Below are positions 37,005 to 37,369 of a stretch of DNA of 37,369 bases, one piece after another. Under the pieces are notes generated by a model. The model did no database searches and was not told where the DNA came from. It worked only from the letters and a program-made list of their open reading frames with translations. Source of the stretch: Candidatus Omnitrophota bacterium (GTDB lineage Bacteria; Omnitrophota; Gorgyraeia; 2-02-FULL-51-18); NCBI GenBank assembly GCA_023248025.1, contig JAHFFI010000003.1, forward strand, positions 1 to 37,369, given 5' to 3'. Every line of letters starts with the position of its first letter. Position 1 is the first letter of the stretch. The translations under genes were made by a program, and so were the position numbers.

Positions 37005-37059
37005 AATATACATCAAAATTTACATAATTTCAATAGTTTGTTAATAGACTAAATACTTT
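37005..37059 (-). promoter_or_regulatory. Duplicated promoter 2 with upstream direct repeat
   Basis: aaagtattta-GTCTATT-aacaaa-CTATT overlapping TTGAAA-N17-TATATT. Confidence 0.7.
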
Positions 37060-37086
37060 TTTATCCTCCTTGCCGTACAAAGGGCA

Positions 37087-37115
37087 TTGACATGGCCTGT
37101 CTTTATATCTAAAAT
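37087..37115 (+). promoter_or_regulatory. Sigma70 promoter for nuoJ
   Basis: TTGACA-N17-TAAAAT, ending 12 nt before ATG 37128. Confidence 0.7.
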
Positions 37116-37127
37116 ACTTGAATATTT

Positions 37128-37369
37128 ATGCTTACAACCATTCTTTTTGTTGTATTTTCAATTGGCGCTTTGGCGTCCGCGCTCGGTGTCGTACTCTCTC
37201 GTTCCGCAATCTATAGCGTCCTTCTTCTGGTGCTGACCATGGGCATGATCTCTGGGCTTTTTATTCTGCTCAAAGCCTTTCTCGTCGCAACCATTCTCAT
37301 ACTTGTTTACGCGGGCGCCATTCTCGTACTTTTTCTTTTCGTGGTCATGCTTGTGTATTACAGAAAATT
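37128..37369 (+). CDS. nuoJ: NADH-quinone oxidoreductase subunit J family (partial, runs off window)
   Basis: Manual translation MLTTILFVVFSIGALASALGVV...VYAGAILVLFLFVVML matches the NuoJ/ND6 TM3 signature. Confidence 0.88.
   Translation, partial: MLTTILFVVFSIGALASALGVVLSRSAIYSVLLLVLTMGMISGLFILLKAFLVATILILVYAGAILVLFLFVVMLVYYRK

Overview
This is a gene-dense bacterial window with no rRNA, tRNA, CRISPR array or transposase. The gene content and style suggest a PVC-superphylum, Omnitrophota-like diderm, but that is inference only. In order it contains: (1) a phosphate/polyphosphate operon, ppx - two thymidylate-kinase-like genes - phoB - phoR - phoU, ending in a divergent queC-like gene; (2) a pteridine-reductase-like SDR and queD; (3) three highly structured intergenic elements, namely two diverged copies of a ~340-400 bp multi-hairpin repeat with compensatory base changes and one MITE/REP-like element; (4) ArnT-like and PIG-L genes, and mutY; (5) an iron-uptake operon preceded by Fur boxes: hemP (missed by the ORF track), a DUF2231-like protein, an acidic beta-barrel, a monoheme cytochrome c, FTR1 and fur; (6) a long minus-strand operon with a cassette of a 1007-aa outer-membrane barrel plus an NHL-propeller/SdrD-B secreted protein sitting among housekeeping genes; (7) dsbA-mauE; (8) a MacAB-TolC-type exporter with a Zn-ribbon TPR gene; (9) a CHASE2-GGDEF cyclase divergent from an AlgE-like porin; (10) three paralogous small secreted proteins with duplicated promoters; (11) the start of nuoJ. 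The best candidates for novelty are the covarying structured repeats, the barrel/NHL partner pair, the cytochrome-c/porin/FTR1 iron system, the PPK3-like kinase pair and the small secreted paralogs. All family calls come from motif recognition by eye; no searches were run.
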